The position numbers and the translations under genes are program-made. A stretch of 55,003 nucleotides of DNA from Methanobacteriota archaeon (GTDB taxonomy: Archaea > Thermoplasmatota > Poseidoniia > Poseidoniales > Thalassarchaeaceae), in the NCBI GenBank assembly GCA_002712285.1, contig PATC01000024.1, positions 1-55,003 of the forward strand, in the 5' to 3' direction. The notes under the pieces are model-generated. The model saw only the letters and a list, made by a program, of their open reading frames with translations, had not been told where the DNA came from and did no database searches. Below are positions 27,105 through 36,558 of this stretch, one piece after another. Numbering within the stretch: position 1 is the first letter of the stretch; every line of letters starts with the position of its first letter.

Positions 27105-28457
27105 TTAGGAGAAGCGAAGCACTCGTCCTGTTTGTCCAGGTCGGACTAAAGGTTCACCCATGAAGGATCCATTTGGCGTACGTCGATGAACTGGAACGCC
27201 ATCCACGATAGTCCACATCGGTAGTCCGGTGAGTTCCATACCTGCATATGGTGTCCATCCAACCTTCGTCCAGACATCATCATCAGTGATAGTACGGCGA
27301 GTATCAAGATCAACTAATGTCAAATCTCCATCATATCCCTCAATTAGTGACCCTTTCTTTTCTATGCCATACACCTTTGCAGGCCCCGCACACATCCAAC
27401 TTACCACATCCGAGACACTACACTTGCCGTCAATCGCGTGAGTAAGCATCAGAGGTAGAGAAGTTTCGACGCCAGGCATACCTGCAGGAGCATTGGGATA
27501 ACCTATCGATTTCGCATCTAGTGTATGTGGGGCGTGATCAGTTACGACGCAGTCAATGGTTCCATCCTTGAGTCGCTTCCATAGAGTATCTCTATCCTCA
27601 GTGTATCGAATGGGTGGATTCATGAGCGCACGAACTCCAAGTTTTTCGACATCGTCCTGATCGAATGTCAGGTGTTGAGTGCATACTTCGGTGGTGATTA
27701 GGTCTCCTTTGTTGGTTGCTAACCAATCGGCTTCAACTCCACTTGTCAGGTGTACAATATGTAATCGGTGATCATGATCTTTAGCGAGTGCTGAAGCCCG
27801 TTTTGTCGCTATTAGTGCGCATTCAATATCGCGACATTCTGCATGTGCAGCAATGTCAGTTCGATGTTTGAATTGAGGTATTCGAGATTGGAGCCTATTT
27901 TCATCCTCAGCATGCGTTGCAATGATGCCATTTGTATTTTCGAAGATGTTCTCTAAGTGCTCCTGTTCATGGACGAGAAGATCTCCTGTACTGCTACCCA
28001 TGAAGATCTTGATGCCACATACTCCGTCCATACCATCGATACTTTGCAAATCTGCAACATTGTTTGATGTAGCCCCGATGAAAAAACCATGATGACTTAC
28101 TGCTTTCTTGGAGGCTAATGCAATTTTAGCCTCTAATTCTACTTGATTCGTTGCATTTGGAACCGTATTTGGCATATCGAGGAAGGAAGTTATCCCACCA
28201 GCTGCCGCCGCCCTACTCCCGCTTTCTAGATCTTCTTTCTCTGGATTTCCCGGGTCTCGGAAGTGGACATGAGGGTCTATTGCACCCGGAAGGAGATGCA
28301 ATCCTGTACCATCGATGACGAACTCATCTTTTTTGGCTACCAATCCTCCATTCGGGGCAATGGAATGGATTATGCCATTGACGATTCGTAGGTCGCCTTC
28401 CACAATACCATTTGGAAGAGCCATCATCGCATTCTGGACAAGCAGGTTGCCTGTCAT
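27105..28457 (-). CDS. pyrC: Dihydroorotase (type I / amidohydrolase family)
   Basis: DPHVHFRDPG, AAAAGGIT..DMPNT, GIKIFM, MNPPIR, TDHAPH, PGVET. Confidence 0.9.
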   Translation of the reverse strand: MTGNLLVQNAMMALPNGIVEGDLRIVNGIIHSIAPNGGLVAKKDEFVIDGTGLHLLPGAIDPHVHFRDPGNPEKEDLESGSRAAAAGGITSFLDMPNTVPNATNQVELEAKIALASKKAVSHHGFFIGATSNNVADLQSIDGMDGVCGIKIFMGSSTGDLLVHEQEHLENIFENTNGIIATHAEDENRLQSRIPQFKHRTDIAAHAECRDIECALIATKRASALAKDHDHRLHIVHLTSGVEADWLATNKGDLITTEVCTQHLTFDQDDVEKLGVRALMNPPIRYTEDRDTLWKRLKDGTIDCVVTDHAPHTLDAKSIGYPNAPAGMPGVETSLPLMLTHAIDGKCSVSDVVSWMCAGPAKVYGIEKKGSLIEGYDGDLTLVDLDTRRTITDDDVWTKVGWTPYAGMELTGLPMWTIVDGVPVHRRTPNGSFMGEPLVRPGQTGRVLRFS

Positions 28458-28539
28458 CAAGAGCCTACCATGATAACGACTCAATGAGCATTCTCCCCTT
28501 TCGGAGTCCTTGAAATAGGGGTGATAGACAGCAGAGGCC

Positions 28540-28617
28540 AGCGAGGTGGGGTAGTCTGGTTATCCCGTCGGGCTCATAACCCGGAGATCGTTGGTTCAAA
28601 TCCATCCCTCGCTACCA
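28540..28617 (+). tRNA. Initiator tRNA-Met (CAT) with encoded CCA
   Basis: Acceptor stem AGCGAGG/CCTCGCT with A1-U72; anticodon arm TCGGG-CTCATAA-CCCGG with three G-C pairs; T-loop TTCAAAT; ACCA end. Confidence 0.96.
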
Positions 28618-28682
28618 ATAATTCATCCATATGGACTGATGGACACGCTTGGTTTATGCGGAACCGGTGTTAGAGGCAATAC

Positions 28683-29441
28683 ATGAGTGGAGGGTTACGC
28701 CTCAGTGCTATCCTCGTTGTCTTGTTGTTTGTTGGATGTGTGGGTGAAGAAACTGTTAGCGTAGTCGAGCTCAATGTTTCTGTTTCGGGCGAACCGGGCA
28801 ATGTTCATATCGAGAAATCCGCCAATAATGGAACCTCAGCAATGAATGAACTCAGGGTGACTTTCGATTTCTTAGGCACAGAATCTAGCGGAGGTGCCTT
28901 GACTGAATATTGGTTAAATCCCGGTGATGGCGGTCAGCGAGTGTCGGTAAATGCCGCTGAGGCAAGCACTCTCTTCAGGGATTATGAGTCACATGGGGTA
29001 TTCCAATCCATTGCTGGTGCGAATGATTCAGGCGAAAACTCGGCTGAAGAGGAAATCAGAATTGTAGTTCATGGCGGATTCTACCTGAATCAGACACAAC
29101 CTACAGGAGTTGATGAACCAGCAGATCTTCATATTGATGCACCCTCTGAGAATTCGGTAGAATCGCCACATAGTATCTCCATTTCATCGACTATCACTAA
29201 TGTACAGAATGTCGCGCCGCTTCCACCTCCTGATGATGTTGAAATTACCTGGCGTCTTCTAGACTCAACAGGAACAGAAATCATATCTCATACTCAGACG
29301 ATTCAAGAAGGCCAATCATACACTTGGATGCACGAGGAAATAGCTCCTGTATTTGGTGGTTGGACTCTAGAGATTACAGATTCAGTAGCTGATGAAAATG
29401 TTCAGCAGGAAACCAGCGTGATTGTTAGGTATACTGAGTGA
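28683..29441 (+). CDS. Putative lipoprotein with PKD-like beta domain
   Basis: Lipobox-like LFVGC after a hydrophobic stretch; YWLNPGDG..DYESHGVF resembles PKD. Confidence 0.65.
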   Translation: MSGGLRLSAILVVLLFVGCVGEETVSVVELNVSVSGEPGNVHIEKSANNGTSAMNELRVTFDFLGTESSGGALTEYWLNPGDGGQRVSVNAAEASTLFRDYESHGVFQSIAGANDSGENSAEEEIRIVVHGGFYLNQTQPTGVDEPADLHIDAPSENSVESPHSISISSTITNVQNVAPLPPPDDVEITWRLLDSTGTEIISHTQTIQEGQSYTWMHEEIAPVFGGWTLEITDSVADENVQQETSVIVRYTE

Positions 29442-29594
29442 CCACTTTCATTACTGATTGAATCTCTATTGAAAGTGAAAAAAAGAATACGTAAAGGATA
29501 CTATTGGAAAAATAGTACGGATTCCGAATTGATGCCCCTTTCGTTTGTTCATATACTCCGGTATATGGTTGAAGGATAACACAAGGTGAACAGG

Positions 29595-30611
29595 ATGGCT
29601 AGCAAGAAGAAGACCGCAACGAACAAAGACGACATCGACGAAGAAGTAATCGTGGTCGATGTGGAGGAAGAGAACGAACCGACAATTGAGGACCTTCCTG
29701 GTGTAGGCCCTGCGACCGCAGAGAAGTTGCGGGAAGCAGGTTTCGATGATCTTCTCGCAGTTGCAGTCATGAGCCCTTCTGAGCTTGCCGACCAGGCAGA
29801 ACTTGGTGAAGCAGTATCCTCAAAAATCATCCAAGGTGCTAAGAAACTCGCGAATATTGGTGGTTTCGTTAGCGGGTCTGCTCTTCTTGATCGTCGTAAG
29901 CAGGTACAGAAGCTCAGTAGTGGCGCCCAATCTCTTGACGAATTATTAGGTGGCGGTTTTGAAACTCAGAGTATATGTGAAGTGTTTGGAGAATTCGGCA
30001 GTGGAAAGACCCAGATTGGGCATCAACTTGCCGTCAACACTCTCCTTCCAGTAGACCAAGGCGGCCTTGGAGGAGAAGTATTCTACATTGATACAGAAGA
30101 TACATTTCGGCCTGAGCGTATCGCCCAGATGGCTAATGGAATTGGGATAGATCCAAACGAGGCATTGGAACGAATTCATGTTGCTCGCGCCTACAATTCT
30201 GCTCACCAGATGCTTCTTGTAGACGAAATCAAGCGTATGTCAAAGTCTGTAGATGTGAAACTCATCATCGTAGATTCTTTGACAAGCCATTTCCGTGCAG
30301 AGTATGTCGGTCGTGGAATGCTTGCAACGCGTCAACAAAAATTGAACCGTCACTTGAAGGAACTCAAGCAACTCTCAGATGTTTTCAATGCAATTGTCTT
30401 GGTGACTAACCAGGTTATGTCTAAGCCAGATGCGATGTGGGGCGATCCTACTAAGGCAATTGGTGGCCATATTGTGGGTCACGCCAGCACTTTCCGACTT
30501 TACCTTCGGAAGTCGAAGGGTGGTCGGCGTGTTGCACGTCTAATTGACAGTCCTAACCTTCCCGAAGGCGATGCAGTCATCAGTGTGACTGAAGACGGTA
30601 TTCGAGATTGA
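29595..30611 (+). CDS. radA: DNA repair and recombination protein RadA
   Basis: [69 protein letters not shown] upstream. No intein. Confidence 0.98.
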   Translation: MASKKKTATNKDDIDEEVIVVDVEEENEPTIEDLPGVGPATAEKLREAGFDDLLAVAVMSPSELADQAELGEAVSSKIIQGAKKLANIGGFVSGSALLDRRKQVQKLSSGAQSLDELLGGGFETQSICEVFGEFGSGKTQIGHQLAVNTLLPVDQGGLGGEVFYIDTEDTFRPERIAQMANGIGIDPNEALERIHVARAYNSAHQMLLVDEIKRMSKSVDVKLIIVDSLTSHFRAEYVGRGMLATRQQKLNRHLKELKQLSDVFNAIVLVTNQVMSKPDAMWGDPTKAIGGHIVGHASTFRLYLRKSKGGRRVARLIDSPNLPEGDAVISVTEDGIRD

Positions 30612-30612
30612 G

Positions 30613-32298
30613 TTAAGCTGGAAGTTCAGATAATCGTGTTTGAACTGCATCGATCAGTTCCTTCACTGTCTCAGGGCCGAAAGAGAATGTCAGTTCTGCT
30701 GCCTTGAATAAGGAAGGGAGTGGAAGTTTCCCTCCAAGTTTCATGGCTTGAGCGTAGTTCTGTAATGCTCCATCTAGTGAATTCATCGATTGAAGCCAAA
30801 TCTGCAGGGCACCTAGTTGGGCGATTCCATATTCAATGTAGTAGAATGGGTAGGTAAAGAGATGCAACTGTCTGTGCCATCCGACATCTCTCATTTTCTC
30901 TATGCCTGACCATTCTACATCTGCTCCGAAGCGTTTCCTTAGATCACGCCAAGCCTCTGCTCGTTCTTCCCTTGAATGACCAGGATGTGTATGTGTCCAA
31001 TGTTGGAAGGCGTCAATTGTGGCAATCCAGGGTAGTAACCCTACAATTCCTTCGAGATGTACACGTCGTGCTCGATCTGCATCGTGTTGAGAATAGAATT
31101 CATCGAGATGAGGATGTACAAGCAGTTCCATGGACATCGAGGCGACTTCAGCAAATTCAATTGGTGGATCACGATTATCGATTAGATCTTGTTTGCTGGA
31201 ATACATTGCGTGGAAGGCGTGCCCTGCCTCATGTACCATTGTTTCAAGATCTCTTTGTAATCCGGTGGCATTCATGAATATGAACGGACGCCTAATCCGG
31301 TCAAAACTGATTTGATATCCACCAGGTGCTTTCCCTTTTCGACTATCTAAATCTAAAGAATGCCCATCTCGGAGGCTATCAAACATAGTTCCTAGTTCAT
31401 TGCTAATCCGATGGAACATCCGGGATGTCCCCTCCACCATTTCATCCACCTTTTCGAATGGGCGGAGAGGGTCACGACCATGGACATCGACTCCAAGATC
31501 CCATGGACGTAATTGGTTGACAGCTAAGAGTTCCTTCCTTTGTGTATCAAGAGTTCTTGACAATGGAACACATACCACTTCTGCAGCCCGATGAAAGTCC
31601 TCACAATCTTTAGGAGTGTAGTCAAATCGATGTTTGGCCACGAAGACATAATCGCGATAGTTCGCAAATCCAGCGTTTAAGGCAATTTGATGACGAATAG
31701 CTAGCATTTGATCGTACAAATCTTCGATAGCTTCAGAATCTTTCAATCGACGTTCCCATACAACTCTGAATGCCTTTTCTCTTGTATCTCGGTTAGTGAC
31801 TTGGAGAAACCTACCCATCTGTTGCATTGTACGTTCTTCACCTTCAAATTCAACCATCATCGACCCAGAGATTTCCTCATATTTTTGACCAAGTTTAGTT
31901 AGTTCTGTACTGAGAGGTATGTTCTCCTCTCTGAAAATGCGAATATCTGCTTCAATATCTCGAATCATTACACCGTAGGTATTGGAATCTAGTTTGTTGA
32001 TGACGGGGCTAGACATTATGTGTCGATTCAGCTGATCTCCAATTTCCGAGAGTTTCGGCTCAATATTTTCCACAAAATCGAGATATGCCGATTTCTTGTT
32101 CTCATCATCTGTTGAGCAGGTCATGGCCACATAGAGTCGTGATCCTGCTTCTGAGACCCATTCTCTCAATTCGGATTCATCCTGAATGAGTTTCTCCAAG
32201 TCCCCCACTGTATCTACAGAACGTTGCACGAGGTCTTCATACAACGGTTCTAGAGATTTCCAATCGGTAGCATCAAGAGCATCTGGAACGAAGGCCAT
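30613..32298 (-). CDS. pepF: Oligoendopeptidase F (M3B)
   Basis: HEAGH zinc motif, RKGKAPGGY, EFAEVASMSME, HLFTYPFYYIEY. Confidence 0.93.
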   Translation of the reverse strand: MAFVPDALDATDWKSLEPLYEDLVQRSVDTVGDLEKLIQDESELREWVSEAGSRLYVAMTCSTDDENKKSAYLDFVENIEPKLSEIGDQLNRHIMSSPVINKLDSNTYGVMIRDIEADIRIFREENIPLSTELTKLGQKYEEISGSMMVEFEGEERTMQQMGRFLQVTNRDTREKAFRVVWERRLKDSEAIEDLYDQMLAIRHQIALNAGFANYRDYVFVAKHRFDYTPKDCEDFHRAAEVVCVPLSRTLDTQRKELLAVNQLRPWDLGVDVHGRDPLRPFEKVDEMVEGTSRMFHRISNELGTMFDSLRDGHSLDLDSRKGKAPGGYQISFDRIRRPFIFMNATGLQRDLETMVHEAGHAFHAMYSSKQDLIDNRDPPIEFAEVASMSMELLVHPHLDEFYSQHDADRARRVHLEGIVGLLPWIATIDAFQHWTHTHPGHSREERAEAWRDLRKRFGADVEWSGIEKMRDVGWHRQLHLFTYPFYYIEYGIAQLGALQIWLQSMNSLDGALQNYAQAMKLGGKLPLPSLFKAAELTFSFGPETVKELIDAVQTRLSELPA

Positions 32299-32344
32299 GC
32301 ATCTTATGTCGACGACTCAATCCGTAAATGATTGGTTGAAATGA

Positions 32345-32605
32345 TTACTTTGATTTGACCGATTGTGGCCCAACAGGAAGTGGTCCTTCTTCTCGGGTCC
32401 ACTTTGCACATTTCCAGATTTCAACAGCTTCAATCATTTTCTGATGCAAGGCTTCGATTTCTGGATGGTCTGGATTATTTTTCTCAGTCCAACAAGCGAC
32501 ACAGTAGCGTTTTCCTTTGTAGTCCACGTAGTTCATGGGTGTACAGGGCACCCCACAGATCACACAGTTACGGAGGCCATGGAACTTCGGCATTGACTCT
32601 GCCAC
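32345..32605 (-). CDS. Small zinc-finger protein
   Basis: CVICG...YCVACW; GTG start preceded by SD-like GGGTGA; co-oriented after cgi121. Confidence 0.65.
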   Translation of the reverse strand: MAESMPKFHGLRNCVICGVPCTPMNYVDYKGKRYCVACWTEKNNPDHPEIEALHQKMIEAVEIWKCAKWTREEGPLPVGPQSVKSK

Positions 32606-32637
32606 GGGAGTTCACCCTATGAGTTTCTCGATGTGAA

Positions 32638-33198
32638 TTAACGGATATCTGCGCTCGCAGCCATCATTATCATTGAGGATTCGATACCACTGATTGGCTC
32701 AGATGAAGGAATCTCTAGTCGATTTGCGCCGTCTCTATTTGGAATTGGTCTAGCGGTTCTGAGTTCGCCATTCAACCAAGGCATGAGATCCGATGCCTTC
32801 CGTTCTATGTTAGAATCGTACGTAGGGTATTCTTGCAATAGACCGTTTGAATCAATTCCAGTGGTTGTTGGGAGATGAATAATCCAAACATGATCGTCTC
32901 CTATTCTCGGTCCAATTCGGTCGAAAGCAACACGAATTTGATGAGTTCCTGCAAGGATACGAATAAACTCCGCATCAATGGTCCTAGCCACCATAGAATT
33001 TCGTGCTTCATTCCGAGTAGAAATATGCCAGGCTGCCCATAGATGTCGATCACTGGACGGAATTGGTCCAGCAATCATTGCCCATCGATTAGATGGTCGA
33101 TGCTCAATCCAATCACTAACCAATGCTCCTGCATCTTTGATTGGTTCATCAAGGTCGACACCCCATGCAGGGAACCATGGCACATCTCCGGGCCCCAT
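32638..33198 (-). CDS. cgi121: KEOPS complex subunit Cgi121
   Basis: RHLWAAW...MVARTIDAEFIRILAGTHQIRVAFDRIG matches the Cgi121 signature. Lies next to hel308, a common archaeal neighbourhood. Confidence 0.8.
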   Translation of the reverse strand: MGPGDVPWFPAWGVDLDEPIKDAGALVSDWIEHRPSNRWAMIAGPIPSSDRHLWAAWHISTRNEARNSMVARTIDAEFIRILAGTHQIRVAFDRIGPRIGDDHVWIIHLPTTTGIDSNGLLQEYPTYDSNIERKASDLMPWLNGELRTARPIPNRDGANRLEIPSSEPISGIESSMIMMAASADIR

Positions 33199-33235
33199 GA
33201 ACCGTACTAGAACCTTCGATTTTTCAACGCCTCGT

Positions 33236-35791
33236 TCAGGGATGTCGTGCTAGAAGCCGTTGTGCATTAGCAATCGTATTATCGACAAGACGTGGACTCC
33301 ATCCGCGAAGGTCCTCTAATCGTTTCCGATCACGAGGTCCCATCTCTGCCACATGTTGTGGTTCTTCAAGTCCAATATGATGCATCTCCCTAGCTCGTAC
33401 TCGTCCAATGCCCCTTATCCCTACGAGTCCAAGGAGTTCCGAGCGGACTCCATACCTGACTCGCCGTTGAATTTCAGCGATACATTCGCTTACGTATGCT
33501 GATGCTTTTGGTTGTTCGACCTTTGCTTCTTCATCAGATGCGAGCATCCGTCTAGATGCGTACAATAGCCAATCTGCGAGATCTATTCGCGTGCGTACAT
33601 CTCCTGGTTGGGCTCCATGTTCTTTCTCTATCTCACGTATTGTACTTTCACCAATCCAAGATTCGAGAACAGTGAGAGCTTTGATTTGTCCTAATTCAAT
33701 ATCAAGTCCTTGCCGTAGATTAACCTCAGCAAGATCACTACTGGTGAGTAGCCTCTCTGGACCTATGGCCATAGCACGGTCTTCGATTACATCTGCCTCT
33801 GAAGATTTAACCCACATTGGAAGGAAATCCGGCGTTGTAGCTACGAGATGTATGAGTCCTGCAGGGGTTAGTTGGCGGCGTTCATCAAGTCCAGCAGCAA
33901 TTCTGACTGCGGTTCGAAGACCAATACGAAGTAGGTGCCCAGTTACTGGATTGAGGTAGAGTCGGGATACAGTTTCTCCAAATGGTGTAGCAGCGTAAGT
34001 CATAGTCGCGGGATCTTCATGGATTTCATCGGTATTATCCAAAGATGCAGCGGTTGTGAAACCGAATACAGCCGGCCCTTTGCGTTTTGGAATGGGATTT
34101 TTGTTCTCTCGATTAATCCAATCTAATCCATCAAGGGAGGACGCAGCTGCTGCCCATGTAGGCAGTTCATCTTCCCAATTTTCTATCACTTCCTCTTCCA
34201 TTGGCCGAGATGCGATTCGTTCTGCAACGATATCAGATTCACCACATCGTACTATCATTTCGTGTTGTACAAGCCACTCAATCATTCGATCTATTCTGTG
34301 TTCTAAATCGTGTTTGTCTATCTGGCGGGCAAGTAAAGTTTGGTCAAAGAAGGTACGCAGAGCATCTCTATCTGTCAGCCCTACTGACGCGATGGATGCG
34401 AGAATATGAGTAAGTAGTGCCGGATCTTCCTCTACAGTATCCGCTAATGGATTCGCAAGTTTTGATTGGATATCCTCGGGGAAGCCAAAGATGTAGGAAT
34501 CGATAATTTGGTCACGATCGGATTCAGTCTTTGCCATTATCCAGGATTCGCCTGCATCATCATATTGCGGCCGTCCAGCCCGCCCCTGCATCTGTTGGAT
34601 TTCCATTACTGAAAGTTCAGCATATCTCCCTCCATTCCATCGTTTCCAATCTCGGATAATTACTCGTCGAGCAGGTAGATTGACTCCTGCTGCCAAGGTT
34701 GGTGTGGCGCATAATGCCTTCAACAAACCATCTTTGAATGCATTTTCAATCTGAGAGCGTTGTTTTGAGGTTAGTCCTGCGTGATGAAAAGCGACTCCTC
34801 CTCGGATTGCGATAGCTAAGCGATCGGTTAGACTGGTTGCATCTTCACCTCGTGTCAATGAGGTGGCTAATATTTCGAGTTTGGATATTTCTTCTTTCGA
34901 TTCTTCTGTTGCCAATCGATTTAGTGTTTTTATTCGACGTTTTCCTAGTTCGCGTGCTTCTTTTTCTGCTGATGCCCGAGTTGAAACGAAGAGTAAGATT
35001 TGCCCATCGATTGAAATGGTATCTTCGAGTATAGCATCAGTAATTTTACTGGCTGAACCATTGAGTGTGCGTGGTTCAGGAAGTTCGATATTGTCATTCG
35101 GCCCCACTGCTCTGTGAACATCTAGATCTAACCCTGTCAATGTACCATATTGGAGCGTTACAGGTCTCCAATCAGATTCAATAAGATCCGCTTCCATCCA
35201 ATTTGCGAGTTCCTTAGGATTTCCAACAGTCGCGGATAAGGCAATTCTTTGTGCCTCTGGTCTAAGATGTCTCAATCGGGCAAGAAGGACCTCTAATGTT
35301 GGGCCTCTTGACGTTTCATCGATTAGATGGAATTCATCAGCAACAACAATCTCAACCTTATCTGCAAACGAAGGTCGATTCCGTAAGAGAGAATCCAGTT
35401 TCTCGGATGTACAGACCACGACATCCGCGTCGTCAATATTCCCAGTCTCTCCATCTCGATCACCTACTGCTAATCCTACTGTCATATCCACTTTTGAGCA
35501 TAGTTCGCGAAGATCGTCAACCTTCTCAGAAGCAAGTGCCTTGAGAGGAACGATGTAGAATGCGCGTGCACCTTCGCCTGCACTTTTCAAACGATTTAGG
35601 ATTGCTAGATAGGCGATGAGAGACTTACCACTGGCTGTAGGTGTAGCGACTAACAAGTTCTTTCCAGAAAGGGCAGGGGATATCGCTTCAGTTTGGGGTG
35701 GATGCAAATTCTCTATACCGTTACCAATGAGGTGATCGATTAGACGAGGATCGATGTTGAGATTGCGGACATCCCCCTTTTCCGCGCCCAT
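33236..35791 (-). CDS. hel308: Ski2-like DNA helicase Hel308/Hjm
   Basis: PTASGKS, VPLKALASEK, DEFH, LSAT, FHHAGL, TPTLAAGVNLPARRV, QGRAGRPQYD, GIGRVRAR. Confidence 0.93.
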   Translation of the reverse strand: MGAEKGDVRNLNIDPRLIDHLIGNGIENLHPPQTEAISPALSGKNLLVATPTASGKSLIAYLAILNRLKSAGEGARAFYIVPLKALASEKVDDLRELCSKVDMTVGLAVGDRDGETGNIDDADVVVCTSEKLDSLLRNRPSFADKVEIVVADEFHLIDETSRGPTLEVLLARLRHLRPEAQRIALSATVGNPKELANWMEADLIESDWRPVTLQYGTLTGLDLDVHRAVGPNDNIELPEPRTLNGSASKITDAILEDTISIDGQILLFVSTRASAEKEARELGKRRIKTLNRLATEESKEEISKLEILATSLTRGEDATSLTDRLAIAIRGGVAFHHAGLTSKQRSQIENAFKDGLLKALCATPTLAAGVNLPARRVIIRDWKRWNGGRYAELSVMEIQQMQGRAGRPQYDDAGESWIMAKTESDRDQIIDSYIFGFPEDIQSKLANPLADTVEEDPALLTHILASIASVGLTDRDALRTFFDQTLLARQIDKHDLEHRIDRMIEWLVQHEMIVRCGESDIVAERIASRPMEEEVIENWEDELPTWAAAASSLDGLDWINRENKNPIPKRKGPAVFGFTTAASLDNTDEIHEDPATMTYAATPFGETVSRLYLNPVTGHLLRIGLRTAVRIAAGLDERRQLTPAGLIHLVATTPDFLPMWVKSSEADVIEDRAMAIGPERLLTSSDLAEVNLRQGLDIELGQIKALTVLESWIGESTIREIEKEHGAQPGDVRTRIDLADWLLYASRRMLASDEEAKVEQPKASAYVSECIAEIQRRVRYGVRSELLGLVGIRGIGRVRAREMHHIGLEEPQHVAEMGPRDRKRLEDLRGWSPRLVDNTIANAQRLLARHP

Positions 35792-35883
35792 ACAGATGCA
35801 TTTCGCGTCATTGTCCTAAAGCATGACGAGAGATACTGGCATCGGCCGCAGTCGCTAAGTGCTTCATCTTTCCATTGCGTCGC

Positions 35884-36552
35884 ATGGACGGCGGTAATGA
35901 TGCGATTCAAGCTCTGTCCCTCCTTGAGGAGGAACCAGACGTTAATGACTGGGTGGAAATCCTCTGGGGTTGCTTCCTCATCGCTATCGGTCTCCATCGT
36001 CTCTTCCATCCGGGGGACCTTCTAGATGAGAGTGCGATGCGCTGGATTGCTGGTGGAGTTGTTGGTTTGGGCATTGCTTGGATTGGGCACGGTCTGAAAG
36101 ACATGATGGTGAAGGAGAATCGAAGAGCTACTGCTGCCTTACTCTCTGGTGGTCCTCCAACAGAGACAGTTGATTACAAGTTGATTCGAGATGTCCTCCT
36201 TCATCCATCTGAATACCGTTCTTTTCTGCAGTTTGCTTACGAGCAGGCTTTCAGCGATGGAGTTCTAAGTAATGAGGAACTTGAGGAACTTAGTCAACTA
36301 GCATCTGCATTAGAACTTGGTAATCCTGAGATATCCCGTATTGCTACAGTTGCCGCGATTAACTCTGCTTTAGCGGACGGTGTGGTATCCGAAGCAGAGC
36401 GTATCTTAATTCATAATGCAGCAGAACCTCTTGGACTCAGTGAAGATGATCTTGCAAAGGTAGACTCTGCTCTTGAAGACGGTGAGATTGATGATGATGA
36501 ACGTGAGATGCTAATCTCGATGATTAATGGCCTCACAGCCGAAGAGGAATGA
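35884..36552 (+). CDS. Two-TM membrane protein with TerB-like (DGxxxxxE) helical repeats
   Basis: Two hydrophobic helices, then AFSDGVLSNEE, ALADGVVSEAE and ALEDGEIDDDE. Confidence 0.65.
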   Translation: MDGGNDAIQALSLLEEEPDVNDWVEILWGCFLIAIGLHRLFHPGDLLDESAMRWIAGGVVGLGIAWIGHGLKDMMVKENRRATAALLSGGPPTETVDYKLIRDVLLHPSEYRSFLQFAYEQAFSDGVLSNEELEELSQLASALELGNPEISRIATVAAINSALADGVVSEAERILIHNAAEPLGLSEDDLAKVDSALEDGEIDDDEREMLISMINGLTAEEE

Positions 36553-36558
36553 TTGCTC

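Noticed and set aside
28540-29594. tRNA-Met as an integration site with a downstream island
   Set aside because: No integrase and no duplicated tRNA 3' end seen; only one lipoprotein gene lies before radA.
29595-35791. Inteins in RadA or Hel308
   Set aside because: RadA is normal length and contiguous at Walker A. The Hel308 insert lacks intein terminal motifs.
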